Shown piece after piece: positions 9,038-19,286 of a DNA stretch of 64,000 nucleotides. The DNA is taken from the NCBI GenBank assembly GCA_032161105.1, contig JAVHTD010000006.1; one strand, written 5' to 3'. The DNA comes from Candidatus Thermosaccharophagus tengchongensis. Its GTDB lineage: Bacteria; Armatimonadota; Fervidibacteria; Fervidibacterales; Thermosaccharophagaceae. Numbering within the stretch: position 1 is the first letter of the stretch; each line of letters opens with the position of its first letter. Position numbers and translations under genes: made by a program. The notes below the pieces were generated by a model, which was given only the letters and a program-made list of their open reading frames with translations, was not told where the DNA came from and did no database searches.

Positions 9038-10168
9038 TCAGGCCCTTGTGCTGCGCACAAGCAGCGCCATCCCGATAACCAAGGAGAGCAAATTTGGCAA
9101 CCAACATCCGACGACGATCGGTATGCGTCCTTGCCTTGCGAGTATCGTGCCGTAATACCAAGCGAAGTAGTATGCGAGCACAATTATGATGCTCAATCCG
9201 AGTGCCAATCCCAAGCCAGCTTGCCTCGTTCGCAATCCGAGCGGCGCACCGAGCAATGCCATGAGGAAGCACGCCCAAGCAAACACAAACCTGTTGTGCA
9301 ACTCAGTTGCATAGTGCATTTGTGAAAATTTATCGGCACCGTGCCGACGCATATGCGTGAGCTTGCTTCTCAACTCGCTTATTGTCATCTTATCGGGCTC
9401 AAGTTGAAGCGCCTCAATTCTCGCATCGCTTAAGCTCTTACGCAACGGTGGCTCTGGCAAGCTGCCCCAATCACTCGGATGCATCTCATCAAACTTCTGT
9501 GCGAGTGCCACCCTCTCTGTAGAGATTACCTGCCAAAAGCCATCCTTGAGGATCCAGCCACCGTTGCGCCATACTGCCTCCCTTGCCGAAATGAAAGCCA
9601 TTGGCTCGCCATTGCCGTAAAGGACGATTTGGACACCATGCATGATGCCCTTTTCTGGCTCAAACCTTTCAACGAAAATGAGCTGCCTCAATTCGCCATA
9701 AGGTGGGTGACGAAGGATGACCGACTTTGCGATTGGCTTACCGCTAATGCGAGATAGTAGGCGCTCTGCCACTCTATCGCTCTGCGGCACAAGATAATTC
9801 CTCATACCAAACGCAATCACGGATGCCAACGCTCCAATGACAAGGAGAGAAAGGGACAGCCGCGCAAAGCTAATGCCGCTGCTGAATAGCGCAAGTATCT
9901 CGTTATCGTGGCTCAGTTGCCCGATGACGATAACGGAAGCAAGCAGGACAGCCATCGGAAGGCTCATCGTGACTATGTTCGGTAGCCTCAAGACAAAGAA
10001 CTTAAGCGCCTCATGGATTGGCACACCATGTTCCATCACGAGCTCAAGGAAACGGCGCAACAGCTCGCCAACTATGAGGAAGCCAGAGAATATGCCAACG
10101 CCGACAAGGAAGGCAAATGTGCCAATGCGGAGCATGTAACGATCCCAAGTGGTCAACTTGAACAACAC
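9038..10168 (-). CDS. LPS export ABC transporter permease, LptF/LptG family
   Basis: DRY at the N-terminus, LPMAVLLA...GQLSHDNEILALFSSGIS, a periplasmic domain and 3 C-terminal TMs ending WLPN. Confidence 0.9.
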   Translation of the reverse strand: MLFKLTTWDRYMLRIGTFAFLVGVGIFSGFLIVGELLRRFLELVMEHGVPIHEALKFFVLRLPNIVTMSLPMAVLLASVIVIGQLSHDNEILALFSSGISFARLSLSLLVIGALASVIAFGMRNYLVPQSDRVAERLLSRISGKPIAKSVILRHPPYGELRQLIFVERFEPEKGIMHGVQIVLYGNGEPMAFISAREAVWRNGGWILKDGFWQVISTERVALAQKFDEMHPSDWGSLPEPPLRKSLSDARIEALQLEPDKMTISELRSKLTHMRRHGADKFSQMHYATELHNRFVFAWACFLMALLGAPLGLRTRQAGLGLALGLSIIIVLAYYFAWYYGTILARQGRIPIVVGCWLPNLLSLVIGMALLVRSTRA

Positions 10169-10255
10169 CTCTCATGAGCTGTCACTGCCATTGCTGCATC
10201 CGTGCACAAGGAGGTTTCAGACAATACTGCCTCTGCATTTGCCGTGTTGCTCGCC

Positions 10256-11032
10256 CTACATCCTGAAGCTTTCCCCCAAGTAGAATTGGCGTGCTATTGG
10301 GTCTTCGTAAAGCTGCGCAGCGGAGCCCTGTGTCAGTATCTTACCCTTATGAATGATGTAACCACGGTCAATGATGCGCAAAGTCTGATGGACATTATGG
10401 TCTGTGATAAGTATGCCAATGCCCTTCCCCTTCAACCTGAGTATGAGCGCTTGCAGTTCCTCAACTGCGATTGGGTCAACGCCAGTGAATGGCTCATCAA
10501 GCAGCAGGAACTTCGGTGAGAGTGCTACAGCCCTTGCAACTTCAACTCGCCTTTGTTCGCCTCCGGATAAGTCTTGCCCATGTTGATGCCTCAACTCTTT
10601 CAAGTTGAACTCCTCAAGCAGCTGCTCAACAATTTCCTTTCGCTCACGCCTGCCATAACCGCGAAGCTCAAGGACAGAGTGCAAGTTCTGCTCCACAGTT
10701 AGCCTGCGAAATATTGACGGCTCCTGTGGCAGGTAGCCGATGCCCAGGCGTGCCCGCATATACATCGGCATGTGAGTTATGTCTCGCCCGTTGAAGAAAA
10801 CACGCCCACCATTCGGCTTGACAAACCCAACGAGCATGTAAAATGTCGTCGTCTTACCGGCACCGTTTGGACCAAGTAAACCAACAACCTCACCCGGCGT
10901 CACAGCAACATCAACGCCGTCAACGACAGTCCGCCTGCCATACCGCTTGACCAAACCTCGTCCCTCAAGGCGCTCGCCAAATTGTGAGCCACCATCACAT
11001 GCAACGCCATATTGACAACTGCTTACGAACAT
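10256..11032 (-). CDS. lptB: LPS export ABC transporter ATP-binding protein
   Basis: GLLGPNGAGKTTTFYM, RARLGIGYLPQEPSIFR, LSGGE, LLDEPFTGVDPI, LITDHNV and YLGESF. Confidence 0.95.
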   Translation of the reverse strand: MFVSSCQYGVACDGGSQFGERLEGRGLVKRYGRRTVVDGVDVAVTPGEVVGLLGPNGAGKTTTFYMLVGFVKPNGGRVFFNGRDITHMPMYMRARLGIGYLPQEPSIFRRLTVEQNLHSVLELRGYGRRERKEIVEQLLEEFNLKELRHQHGQDLSGGEQRRVEVARAVALSPKFLLLDEPFTGVDPIAVEELQALILRLKGKGIGILITDHNVHQTLRIIDRGYIIHKGKILTQGSAAQLYEDPIARQFYLGESFRM

Positions 11033-11081
11033 GCCACACCATCCCTCAGCATGTCGGCTTACTTCAAGAGCCTTAACTCCC

Positions 11082-11747
11082 TCACTTCTTCATTGTCTTC
11101 TCCGGCGGCTTGCGCTCAATTTGCACATTGACCTCAGGTAAGAGCTGTTCATCTCCGGGCTCAAAGAGCAACTCGCCGCTCTCAAGGTTCATCGTTATCC
11201 TCCCGGCTTTTCCGAGAGCCTGCGACACCTCCGGCGATATACCGCTCACCTTTATCTGCGGTGAGCCCGTCATGATGAGCAGCGATTCCTTTGGGTCAAT
11301 CTGGAGACGCTTACATGAGCCAACCACATGCGCCTTTCGCTCACCCTCAACATCCATCCTCATGTCAAGTGAGACATTGCCCATAGCCTCAGCGCTAACG
11401 ACCGTCCCCAATACACCCTTGCCTTGAACGCCCTTTTGAATCAACCTCGCAATGACTGTGTCGCTCTGTATCCTGCCCTGCGACCATTCAATCACTGCAC
11501 CGCCATATGCTATAACCTCAATTGGCTCCTTGCGGAGCATGAGTTTGATTGATGAGCCGCGCTGCCCAATGCAGTAAACCTTCACAAACTCAAATTGCCC
11601 TCCAGAAACCTCCTGAAGCGCAAGCGCGCTTCCCATGATGCTCATATGCCATATGAATGCCGCGCACAAAAGGCACGCTCCAAGTGAGACGAAGGGCAAG
11701 CTGCGCACAAAAGCGCGCATTGACATCATCTCCCCCTGCCGACTCAA
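11082..11747 (-). CDS. Putative LptA/OstA-like periplasmic protein
   Basis: Signal/anchor segment, beta-rich sequence (AEAMGNV) and position between lptC-like and lptB. Exact start uncertain. Confidence 0.55.
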   Translation of the reverse strand: MSRQGEMMSMRAFVRSLPFVSLGACLLCAAFIWHMSIMGSALALQEVSGGQFEFVKVYCIGQRGSSIKLMLRKEPIEVIAYGGAVIEWSQGRIQSDTVIARLIQKGVQGKGVLGTVVSAEAMGNVSLDMRMDVEGERKAHVVGSCKRLQIDPKESLLIMTGSPQIKVSGISPEVSQALGKAGRITMNLESGELLFEPGDEQLLPEVNVQIERKPPEKTMKK

Positions 11748-12389
11748 TCAATACTTGAGCCACTTTGAAATCCTCAATTGGAGTGACGGTCTGCCCGATA
11801 GCTCAACTTCGCCAAGAACTGTGTCAGCGCGTGCAGAATCAGCGCTGCCAATGAGCATCCCGCCAAGCGCAAATGATACACCGCCAATGGCGAGCACTTC
11901 ACCATCGCTCCACCGCCAGCGCATCCTGCTTGATTTGAGAATGGCATTGTGCTTGTTTGACTTGAGCACCACGTCGCCAATGAACTCAAGCAGCTGCTTT
12001 TGCACACTTACGATGACGCTGCTCCCACTGAAGCTCGCCACAACTGCGCCTTCATCCATCACGCTGCAAACTGGCTTTCTGAGCTTTAGGACATTGCCGG
12101 AATACGAGAGCTCGTCAAAGCCAATTTCAAACTCCCTGCCGCTTGCCGCCTCCCTTCCGAGCAACTTTTCACCGCGAAGCTTCAGCCCGCCAACTTGCGC
12201 CATAAGCGCTTCCAAGCTGCTTCGCCTTGCAACATTGTGTTCGCTTTGAATGGCTGTCTCAACTTGCGCTCTCTCCTCCTGCTGCCACCAAAGCTTTGCA
12301 AGGAAGCCAACGGCTACGACCGATATGAGCAGCGCAAATCCGAAAAGCGATGCGAGCAGCCTCAAGATGCCCCTCACTGCATTATGCAC
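11748..12389 (-). CDS. Putative LptC-like protein
   Basis: N-terminal TM followed by a beta-jellyroll-like pattern (LEFIGDVVL...LKSSRMRWRW...GGVSF). Operon context. Confidence 0.55.
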   Translation of the reverse strand: MHNAVRGILRLLASLFGFALLISVVAVGFLAKLWWQQEERAQVETAIQSEHNVARRSSLEALMAQVGGLKLRGEKLLGREAASGREFEIGFDELSYSGNVLKLRKPVCSVMDEGAVVASFSGSSVIVSVQKQLLEFIGDVVLKSNKHNAILKSSRMRWRWSDGEVLAIGGVSFALGGMLIGSADSARADTVLGEVELSGRPSLQLRISKWLKY

Positions 12390-13143
12390 CCCGCAGTAGG
12401 CAAGAAAGCATGGTGTATAGCGCCTTCAATCCATCCCACGGACGCAATTTCTTACCCTCAAAGAATGAGCGCGGCTTGTATGAGATGGGAAGCTCAAGTA
12501 TCTCAACGCCGCTGAGCCTCAAGAGAGCCGGTATCTCAAAGTCAATTTCAAACCCGCTTGAGCGCAGTTTCAATCGCTTAGCAACATCGCTCCTCATGAG
12601 CTTGTAGCATGTCGCAACATCGGTGACATTCGCCCTGTAAAGCAGCCTGAAGAGGAGGCTCAGGAAACGCCTTCCAAGCTCATACGGATTAAGCCATGAC
12701 TCGCCAATCATCCTCCTGCCGAGTATGCGCGAGCCAAACACGGCTACGGCACCAGTTCGCTCAGCATATTCAAGCAGGCGTATTATGTCGCTCGGGTTGT
12801 ATTCCAAGTCGGCATCCTGCACGATTAAAAACTCACCCTCAGCCATCCCGATGCCAACCTTCACTGATGTCCCCTTCAACATGTTTCTCGGCTGGAAAAC
12901 GGCGCGCAAACCGATGGTGAGCTCATCCGGATGCCAATTGTCAACAAACTCGTTGAGCAACTCCCTTGTCCCATCAATTGAGCAATTGTCCACAACGATG
13001 ACTTCCTTAAGCACCGGAAGACTCATCACCCTGCCGAGCACGGTGAGCACCGTCTGACGCTCATTGTAGACCGGAACAATGACAGTCAACTTTGGGCGGC
13101 GATAAGCTGGCGCAAGTTTGCAACGCACAACCATTTCGCTCAT
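12382..13143 (-). CDS. Glycosyltransferase family 2 (DPM1-like)
   Basis: LTVIVPVYNE, VIVVDNCSIDGT, QDADLEYNP, VFGSR, TDVATCYKL and GFEIDFEI. Confidence 0.9.
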   Translation of the reverse strand: MSEMVVRCKLAPAYRRPKLTVIVPVYNERQTVLTVLGRVMSLPVLKEVIVVDNCSIDGTRELLNEFVDNWHPDELTIGLRAVFQPRNMLKGTSVKVGIGMAEGEFLIVQDADLEYNPSDIIRLLEYAERTGAVAVFGSRILGRRMIGESWLNPYELGRRFLSLLFRLLYRANVTDVATCYKLMRSDVAKRLKLRSSGFEIDFEIPALLRLSGVEILELPISYKPRSFFEGKKLRPWDGLKALYTMLSCLLRGA

Positions 13144-14174
13144 GCCTTTGCGCTCCTCTGAGTTATGCCGAAGAAAGAGCGATACCAATCAATCGTCTTG
13201 AGCAATCCTTCCTCCAACTCATGTCTCGGATGCCACCCCAACAGCCTCTCAGCCTTCTCAACCGAGACATATTGGCGTTGGATTTCTTTGAGCGGCTTCC
13301 CATGACCCTCAATGATTGGCTCAATGTCGCTCCGACCACAAAGCTTGAGTATGAGCGTTGTTAGCTCAAGGACTGTGACAGGCTTGCCAGTGCCTATGTT
13401 AAACGCTTCACCGAAGAGCCCCCCATCGCATGCCCTCATTGCGGCGGCTATGTATGCGCTCACAACATCCTCAATGTAGACATAATCTCGCAGTGGCGTC
13501 CCATCGCTCCGTATGATGGGGCGTTCACCATGCAATGCAGACTTTATCGTGCCCGGTATGATGCGGGAGAAATTTAGGTCGCCGCCGCCATACACATTTG
13601 AGCACCTAAGAATGACGACAGGCATGCCATACGATGCAGCAAAGCATTGCGCAATGAGGTCAGAGCACGCCTTTGATGTCTCGTATGGGAATGCCGGGCG
13701 CAGGGGCATATCCTCGGTATACGGCAATGACGGCTGCTCACCATAGGCTTTGTCACTTGATGCCACAACGATGCTGTTGACCTTCCCAACGAGCCTGCAA
13801 GCTTCAAGGAGCGTCCAAGTCCCGCGCACATTCACATCAAATGCCACACTTGGCGCCCTCATAGCGGCTCCAACGAGTGAGTGCGCAGCAAGATGAAAGC
13901 AGATGGACACATCATAAGCGCTTATAATGCGCTGCAGCAAGTCGCCATCACGAATGTCACCAATGACCACTGTGGAACGCTCGCCCAATTGCCAGCGCTT
14001 GAAGAGCGACATCGGATTGACTTCCCTTACAAGCGCTATAACATTTGCGCCAAGCTCAACGAGTGCCCTCGTGAGCCACGAGCCAATGAAGCCACCGGCA
14101 CCCGTGACAAGAACACTCATGCCGCGCCAAAAATCGGCATCGCCAATGCGCCACGCAAAGCACATTGCCATCAT
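13140..14174 (-). CDS. NDP-sugar 4,6-dehydratase/epimerase (CDP-glucose 4,6-dehydratase-like)
   Basis: FWRG-VLVTGAGGFIGSWL, VASSDKAYG, PYETSK and NVYGGGD. ATGA overlap with rfbF. Confidence 0.85.
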   Translation of the reverse strand: MMAMCFAWRIGDADFWRGMSVLVTGAGGFIGSWLTRALVELGANVIALVREVNPMSLFKRWQLGERSTVVIGDIRDGDLLQRIISAYDVSICFHLAAHSLVGAAMRAPSVAFDVNVRGTWTLLEACRLVGKVNSIVVASSDKAYGEQPSLPYTEDMPLRPAFPYETSKACSDLIAQCFAASYGMPVVILRCSNVYGGGDLNFSRIIPGTIKSALHGERPIIRSDGTPLRDYVYIEDVVSAYIAAAMRACDGGLFGEAFNIGTGKPVTVLELTTLILKLCGRSDIEPIIEGHGKPLKEIQRQYVSVEKAERLLGWHPRHELEEGLLKTIDWYRSFFGITQRSAKA

Positions 14175-14995
14175 TCCTCCCAGACCTTCCAAGGCGCGTT
14201 GCCGCTCTCCCAAAGTTGGTTGAGTGTGAGCGTGTCCTTGTATGTGTCCATACATGCCCAAAATCCATCATGCTTGTATGCCATCAGCTGCCCATCATTT
14301 GCCAACCTGACGAGTGTCTCACGCTCAAGGTCGTCATTCTCGCCAAGGTAGTCAAACACTTCCCTTCTGAAGACGAAGAAGCCGGCATTTATCCACAGGT
14401 CAAGCCTCGGCTTCTCACGGAACTCAATCACTTGCCCATCATCGGCAAGCGTCAGTATGCCAAATGGAGATATCGGGCGGACTGTCGTGATTGTGGCAAT
14501 GCGCCCGTGTGACATGTGAAATGAAAGCAGCTTGCGCAGGTCTATGTCCGAAAGCCCATCAGCGTAGGTGACGAAGAAATGTTCCGTCTCAACATACCGT
14601 TCAATGCGCTTTATCCGCCCACCCGTGTTCGTCTCTTCACCAGTGTATGCCAAAGTTACATCCCATGATTCGCTCTGCGTGAGCCATTTTAGCTCCGCAA
14701 GTGGCGGGCGAAGCAAAATGCGCACATCGCCAACCTGCCAAAGATAGCTCTCAGCAAAGAACTCCCTTATCTTGTGACCGAGATGCCCAAGGCACAGTAT
14801 AAACCGCTTGAAGCCATGATGAGCGTATATCTTCATCACATGCCAGAGTATCGGTCGCCCGCCAATCTCAACAAGAGCCTTTGGAAGGGATGCAGTCCTC
14901 TCCTGAAGGCGCATACCCTTACCACCGCAAAGTATCACAACCGGCAAGTTGGACAGCTCACAAGGCTCACCGAATGGGTTTGTCATTATCATCAC
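14171..14995 (-). CDS. rfbF: Glucose-1-phosphate cytidylyltransferase
   Basis: VVILCGGKGMRL, PKALVEIGGRPILWHVMKIY, TGEETNTGGRIKR, INAGFF, HDGFWACMDT and APWKVW. Confidence 0.92.
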   Translation of the reverse strand: MMIMTNPFGEPCELSNLPVVILCGGKGMRLQERTASLPKALVEIGGRPILWHVMKIYAHHGFKRFILCLGHLGHKIREFFAESYLWQVGDVRILLRPPLAELKWLTQSESWDVTLAYTGEETNTGGRIKRIERYVETEHFFVTYADGLSDIDLRKLLSFHMSHGRIATITTVRPISPFGILTLADDGQVIEFREKPRLDLWINAGFFVFRREVFDYLGENDDLERETLVRLANDGQLMAYKHDGFWACMDTYKDTLTLNQLWESGNAPWKVWEE

Positions 14996-15155
14996 ACCCT
15001 CACTGGAGCGCGCGTTTGGGCGCTGCTTTTATGACAACTTCGGCTGTTGGAGCAGTCCATTAACGAATGAGCTTCAAAATATCATCATAGCAGTTGCACC
15101 GGCGCATAGCAGCAATGTTGGGGAATTACAGCCATAAGCTTGCGACGGTGATACT

Positions 15156-15830
15156 ATGGGCTGCCCAACTCATGCAAAAGATATTGTGAAGCGACTGCGG
15201 GCAATAGATAAGCTGCTCGCAAAGCGCTACGGGAAAAAGGTTTGGAGCAAGCGCAGCAACGCAATTGATGTGCTGATACGGACGATATTGTCTCAACAGA
15301 CAAACGACGAGGCTTGCAACGCAGCATACTCAAACTTAACCCGACGCTTCAAATCCCATAATGAAATCGTGAGTGCGCCACTTGGGGAGATTGAGGACGC
15401 CATCAAGGCAGCGGGCTTGAGCAAGCAAAAGGCACGCTACATAAAGGGGTGCCTTGAGCGGATACTGAGCGACTTTGGAGAGCTGTCAATTGATGAGCTT
15501 GCGAAGATGGACACCGAAAGCGCAATGTCATATCTCACTTCACTCCCCGGCGTCGGATTAAAGACGGCAGCATGCGTTCTCCTGTTCGCCTTCGGCAAGC
15601 CCGTATTCCCTGTGGACACGCACATCCATAGGATTGCGAAGCGAATGAATTTAATCAAGGGTGATGCGAGCGCAGCTGAAGCGCAAGTTTACCTTGACAG
15701 CGTCATCCCGGACGAAATCAAGCATCAGCTCCATCTCAATTTGATTGAGCACGGAAGGAGAGTGTGCACATCACGAAAGCCGTTGTGCGAGAGCTGCTCC
15801 ATAAAGCGGCATTGCAAGCGAAACATTTAA
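15156..15830 (+). CDS. nth: Endonuclease III family DNA glycosylase (HhH-GPD, 4Fe-4S)
   Basis: ILSQQT, LPGVGLKTA, FPVDTHIHR and CTSRKPLCESC...C. Confidence 0.85.
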   Translation: MGCPTHAKDIVKRLRAIDKLLAKRYGKKVWSKRSNAIDVLIRTILSQQTNDEACNAAYSNLTRRFKSHNEIVSAPLGEIEDAIKAAGLSKQKARYIKGCLERILSDFGELSIDELAKMDTESAMSYLTSLPGVGLKTAACVLLFAFGKPVFPVDTHIHRIAKRMNLIKGDASAAEAQVYLDSVIPDEIKHQLHLNLIEHGRRVCTSRKPLCESCSIKRHCKRNI

Positions 15831-15916
15831 AGCGCGCTCTAAAGAGGGATATCACTTGAGCACGCTTGCATGCAGCTGACTGTGTGAGCCTCAAACCGAC
15901 TACAATGCAACTTCCA

Positions 15917-16891
15917 TCAAACATCCCTCATGCAGCTTTTAAGCTCGTCGCCCTCCCAATACACACCCATCGCCCTGAACTTCTCATAGCGTTGCCTGCG
16001 CAATTCCTCCGCACTAAGGTGTGAGAGTTCACCCAATGCCCTAAGAAGCGCTTCCTTGAGGTTGCTTGCGGCGCCATCAGGATCACGGTGTGCGCCACCA
16101 AGCGGCTCTGGTATAATCTCGTCAATGACGCCGAGCTTGAGCGCCTCAGGTGCGGTCAGCCAGAGCGCCTCCGCAGCTTCTGGAGCCCTGCTTTCATCAC
16201 GCCAGATTATTGCTGCACAGCTCTCCGGCTGGATGACGGAATACATTGCGTATTCCATCATGAGCACCTTATTCCCGACGCCAATTGCTATAGCGCCACC
16301 ACTGCCACCTTCACCGATGATCACGGCTATCGTTGGCACGGTGAGCATAGCCATGACCATTTGCGATTCGGCTATAGCCCAACATATCCCACGAGCCTCA
16401 GCTTCGTCCAAGCAGGCTGCGCCGGAAGTATCAATGAGCGTTATCACAGGTCGGTTGAGTTTGTCCGCCAGCTTCATGATCCGGATTGCCTTCCTGTATC
16501 CCTCCGGGTGAGCCATGCCGAAGTTGCGTTCCTGCCTCTCTTTAGCGTCGCGTCCTTTTTGCTGCCCAATTACAGCCACTGGACGACCATCAAGCCATGC
16601 CAAGCCAGCAACGATTGCTTTATCGTCGCCAAAGCATCTATCGCCATGCAGCTCAATGAAGTCATCAAAGATGGCATTGATGTAGTCAAGCGCATAGGGT
16701 CTATCCGGATGGCGGGCAAGCAACACCCTATCATAATCGCTCAACCCATTTAGCAACTCAACCATGCGCCTCTCAAGCTCGGCGATGGCACGGTCTCGCT
16801 CCTCGGAAGGCGGCTGCGCACGAAGTGAACGAAGGCGCTCCTCAATGGAATCCAACTCACGCTCAAATGCCAACTTGTAAGCGCCACCCAT
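15917..16891 (-). CDS. accA: Acetyl-CoA carboxylase carboxyltransferase alpha subunit
   Basis: LARHPDRPYALDYI, ELHGDR, NFGMAHPEGYRKA, IGEGGSGGA and IPEPLGGAH. Start placed at ATG 16891. Confidence 0.92.
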   Translation of the reverse strand: MGGAYKLAFERELDSIEERLRSLRAQPPSEERDRAIAELERRMVELLNGLSDYDRVLLARHPDRPYALDYINAIFDDFIELHGDRCFGDDKAIVAGLAWLDGRPVAVIGQQKGRDAKERQERNFGMAHPEGYRKAIRIMKLADKLNRPVITLIDTSGAACLDEAEARGICWAIAESQMVMAMLTVPTIAVIIGEGGSGGAIAIGVGNKVLMMEYAMYSVIQPESCAAIIWRDESRAPEAAEALWLTAPEALKLGVIDEIIPEPLGGAHRDPDGAASNLKEALLRALGELSHLSAEELRRQRYEKFRAMGVYWEGDELKSCMRDV

Positions 16892-17022
16892 CAGCATCAC
16901 CTTTGGCTGCCCATGAAACCGCAGTGCATGCTTCCCTTTCAAAATGACGCAGGTGAGGTAACCAAAATAATTGTGCCACTGGCTTAGGCGGGATACGACG
17001 AGGGCATCTCGCACTGACTGCG

Positions 17023-19275
17023 ATGAAGGTGGTGACATGCTTGTCCGGCTTTAACGAGGCACACCAAATGCGTGAACGGTGTAGCGCCATATGCAAATCT
17101 TCTGCGAGGCGCCTGCTTGAAGCCTGTATCATCGCCATCGTCGCTGCCGGCGCTGACATGGTGACAGCATTGTGTGCGGCGCAACCAGTTGGGAGCACAT
17201 TTGAGGCGCTGTTGGCTCGCTTCGGCTCAAGATACTCAATCAATGTGCGCCCACAGGAGCGCGCTTGGTATCAATCACCGTGTGGGCGCTTTTACGATGA
17301 GCATGTTGAAACTTTGGTGGGCTTGGATGTGGGCGGGAAAATGTATGCCCTGCCATTCTGCAGGTTGAAAGTAAACGAGTTTGATAGCGTCCACCAGATT
17401 ATGAGCCCGTGCAAATTGACTTGGCGCGCAAGTATACCGTCACAGCAGCTCGTGCTGACCGTGACCTTAACATCCCCATTCTACCCGAAGGATGAGATGC
17501 TCACGCTCATGCCGGCATTCATTGCCGACTTCACTATTGAGAATTTGTCCGAGACAGAAACAGCCAATGGCAAGCTCATTTACAGCAGGCGCTTGAACCC
17601 GAAGCAACTTGCCACACTGCGCATTAGCGATGGGACAGCAATTTTTGAGACGCCGGGTGCATTCCATGCACTTGAAGGGATAAAGGGAGATGGCTGGAAG
17701 ATGGAGACAAGGCGTATTGATGGCGAAGAAACGCACATCGCCTGCACAAGGGAATTCTCGCTCAATCCGAAGTCAAGGGAGACCTTTACTCTCATATTGG
17801 CATGCCACTCAAAGGAAGCCTTCTTTGTGGCAATGGGTTACCCATACAGGTTCAAATATGCAAATCTGTTTGGCGACATCGGTGATGTGTTTAGCTACGC
17901 CAAGGGCAACTTGGAGAGGTTGCGCAAGAGGACAGAGTTGTTTGAGAGGGCGCTCACCGCATCACTTCTTAATGACGGCATGAAAGAGCTCCTCTCGCTC
18001 GCCTTTCAAAGCTACGCCTCAAATGCCCTCTGGCTAATCCCGGCTGAGGATACCGCAAAGTCAAATGGCATAAGGCGCAAGCCGCCATTTGAGGAATGGT
18101 TCTCAGTCCTTGAAGGTGGCGGTGGGCTGTTCAACTCAACGGTTGATGTGGAATACAATATCTCACCGTTCTACCTGCTCTTTTGGAGCGAACCGCTGCA
18201 TATGCTCCTGAGGGAATGGAGTGCCTACCGAAGGGGCGGCGTGATAAGGCACGATATGGGCATGGGATTTATAGCCAACGGCATGGGCTATTACTATGAC
18301 ATGCCGGTTGAGGAGAACACGAATTTCATATTGATGCTGTTCTCACTGTGGGCGAGCACGGCAGATCACAACTTGCTCAAGGAGCATTGGAACGCTGTTA
18401 AAGAGCTTGTGGCATACCTCATCTCAACCGACACAGATGGAAACGGCTTCCCAAACCTCGGCACAAGCAACACGATTGACCAAGGTGTATATGCAATTCA
18501 ACATGCCCCGGAGCAAACTTACCTCGCAATGAAAATGGCGGCGGCTTACCAAGCCGTTGAGCGTATGGCGCGCTTCATCGGTGATAGCGAACTCGCCAAC
18601 CTGTGCCAAATGGAGCGCCGTAAGATTACCACGACATTGAATAGCGCTTGGCTCGGGGACCATTACGCAGTTTGCCTTAACAGGGCTGTGCATGGTTGGG
18701 ATGCCTATTCAATCTACACCGCCAATGGATGGCTCCTTCCATTCATGGTCGGAATGATGCCCGATGTGGATTTGCAGCGCTTGCGCATTGACACAGTCAA
18801 CTCAACGAGAAGGACTTGGAAAGGCTTTGGGTCAACTCACACAAGCATTGATGCGGTGATGTGGATAAGCCAAAACATCTGGCGAGATTGCACAGCAGCG
18901 TATCTTGGAGTTAACCTGCTTGAGCATGCACGCTCATATTGGAACTTGCTATACATGCTCAACAGAACGAGCGGTGGTGCATTCGTTGACTCGTATAACT
19001 ATGAGCACGGTTATGGCAGCCTGCGCTACTACCCGCGCGGTATGGCTGCAGTGGCATATCTTCAGGCGCAAGCTGCACTCTCATTCAACCGCTTGGAACG
19101 CAAGATCATGTTCAGGGTGATGCACAGCGCAGTTTCAATACCACTGCCGCAAGTTGCCGACTGGGCTTCTGAGAAGATACCATCAATTGATGTGCGCATC
19201 ATCAATGGCAAGCCGACGATGAATGTGCTCCACAGCGAGCTGCTTGATGGTTGGAAGATTGAGCTTGTCCAGTGA
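17023..19275 (+). CDS. Six-hairpin glycosidase-like protein (glutaminase GtaA/DUF4965-like), probably exported
   Basis: NSTVDVEYN, HDMG, MPVEENTNFILM, DTDGNG, NTID and YLAMK motifs of an (alpha/alpha)6 fold family. Signal-like N-terminus; start uncertain. Confidence 0.65.
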   Translation: MKVVTCLSGFNEAHQMRERCSAICKSSARRLLEACIIAIVAAGADMVTALCAAQPVGSTFEALLARFGSRYSINVRPQERAWYQSPCGRFYDEHVETLVGLDVGGKMYALPFCRLKVNEFDSVHQIMSPCKLTWRASIPSQQLVLTVTLTSPFYPKDEMLTLMPAFIADFTIENLSETETANGKLIYSRRLNPKQLATLRISDGTAIFETPGAFHALEGIKGDGWKMETRRIDGEETHIACTREFSLNPKSRETFTLILACHSKEAFFVAMGYPYRFKYANLFGDIGDVFSYAKGNLERLRKRTELFERALTASLLNDGMKELLSLAFQSYASNALWLIPAEDTAKSNGIRRKPPFEEWFSVLEGGGGLFNSTVDVEYNISPFYLLFWSEPLHMLLREWSAYRRGGVIRHDMGMGFIANGMGYYYDMPVEENTNFILMLFSLWASTADHNLLKEHWNAVKELVAYLISTDTDGNGFPNLGTSNTIDQGVYAIQHAPEQTYLAMKMAAAYQAVERMARFIGDSELANLCQMERRKITTTLNSAWLGDHYAVCLNRAVHGWDAYSIYTANGWLLPFMVGMMPDVDLQRLRIDTVNSTRRTWKGFGSTHTSIDAVMWISQNIWRDCTAAYLGVNLLEHARSYWNLLYMLNRTSGGAFVDSYNYEHGYGSLRYYPRGMAAVAYLQAQAALSFNRLERKIMFRVMHSAVSIPLPQVADWASEKIPSIDVRIINGKPTMNVLHSELLDGWKIELVQ

Positions 19276-19286
19276 AGAGCCCAAGT

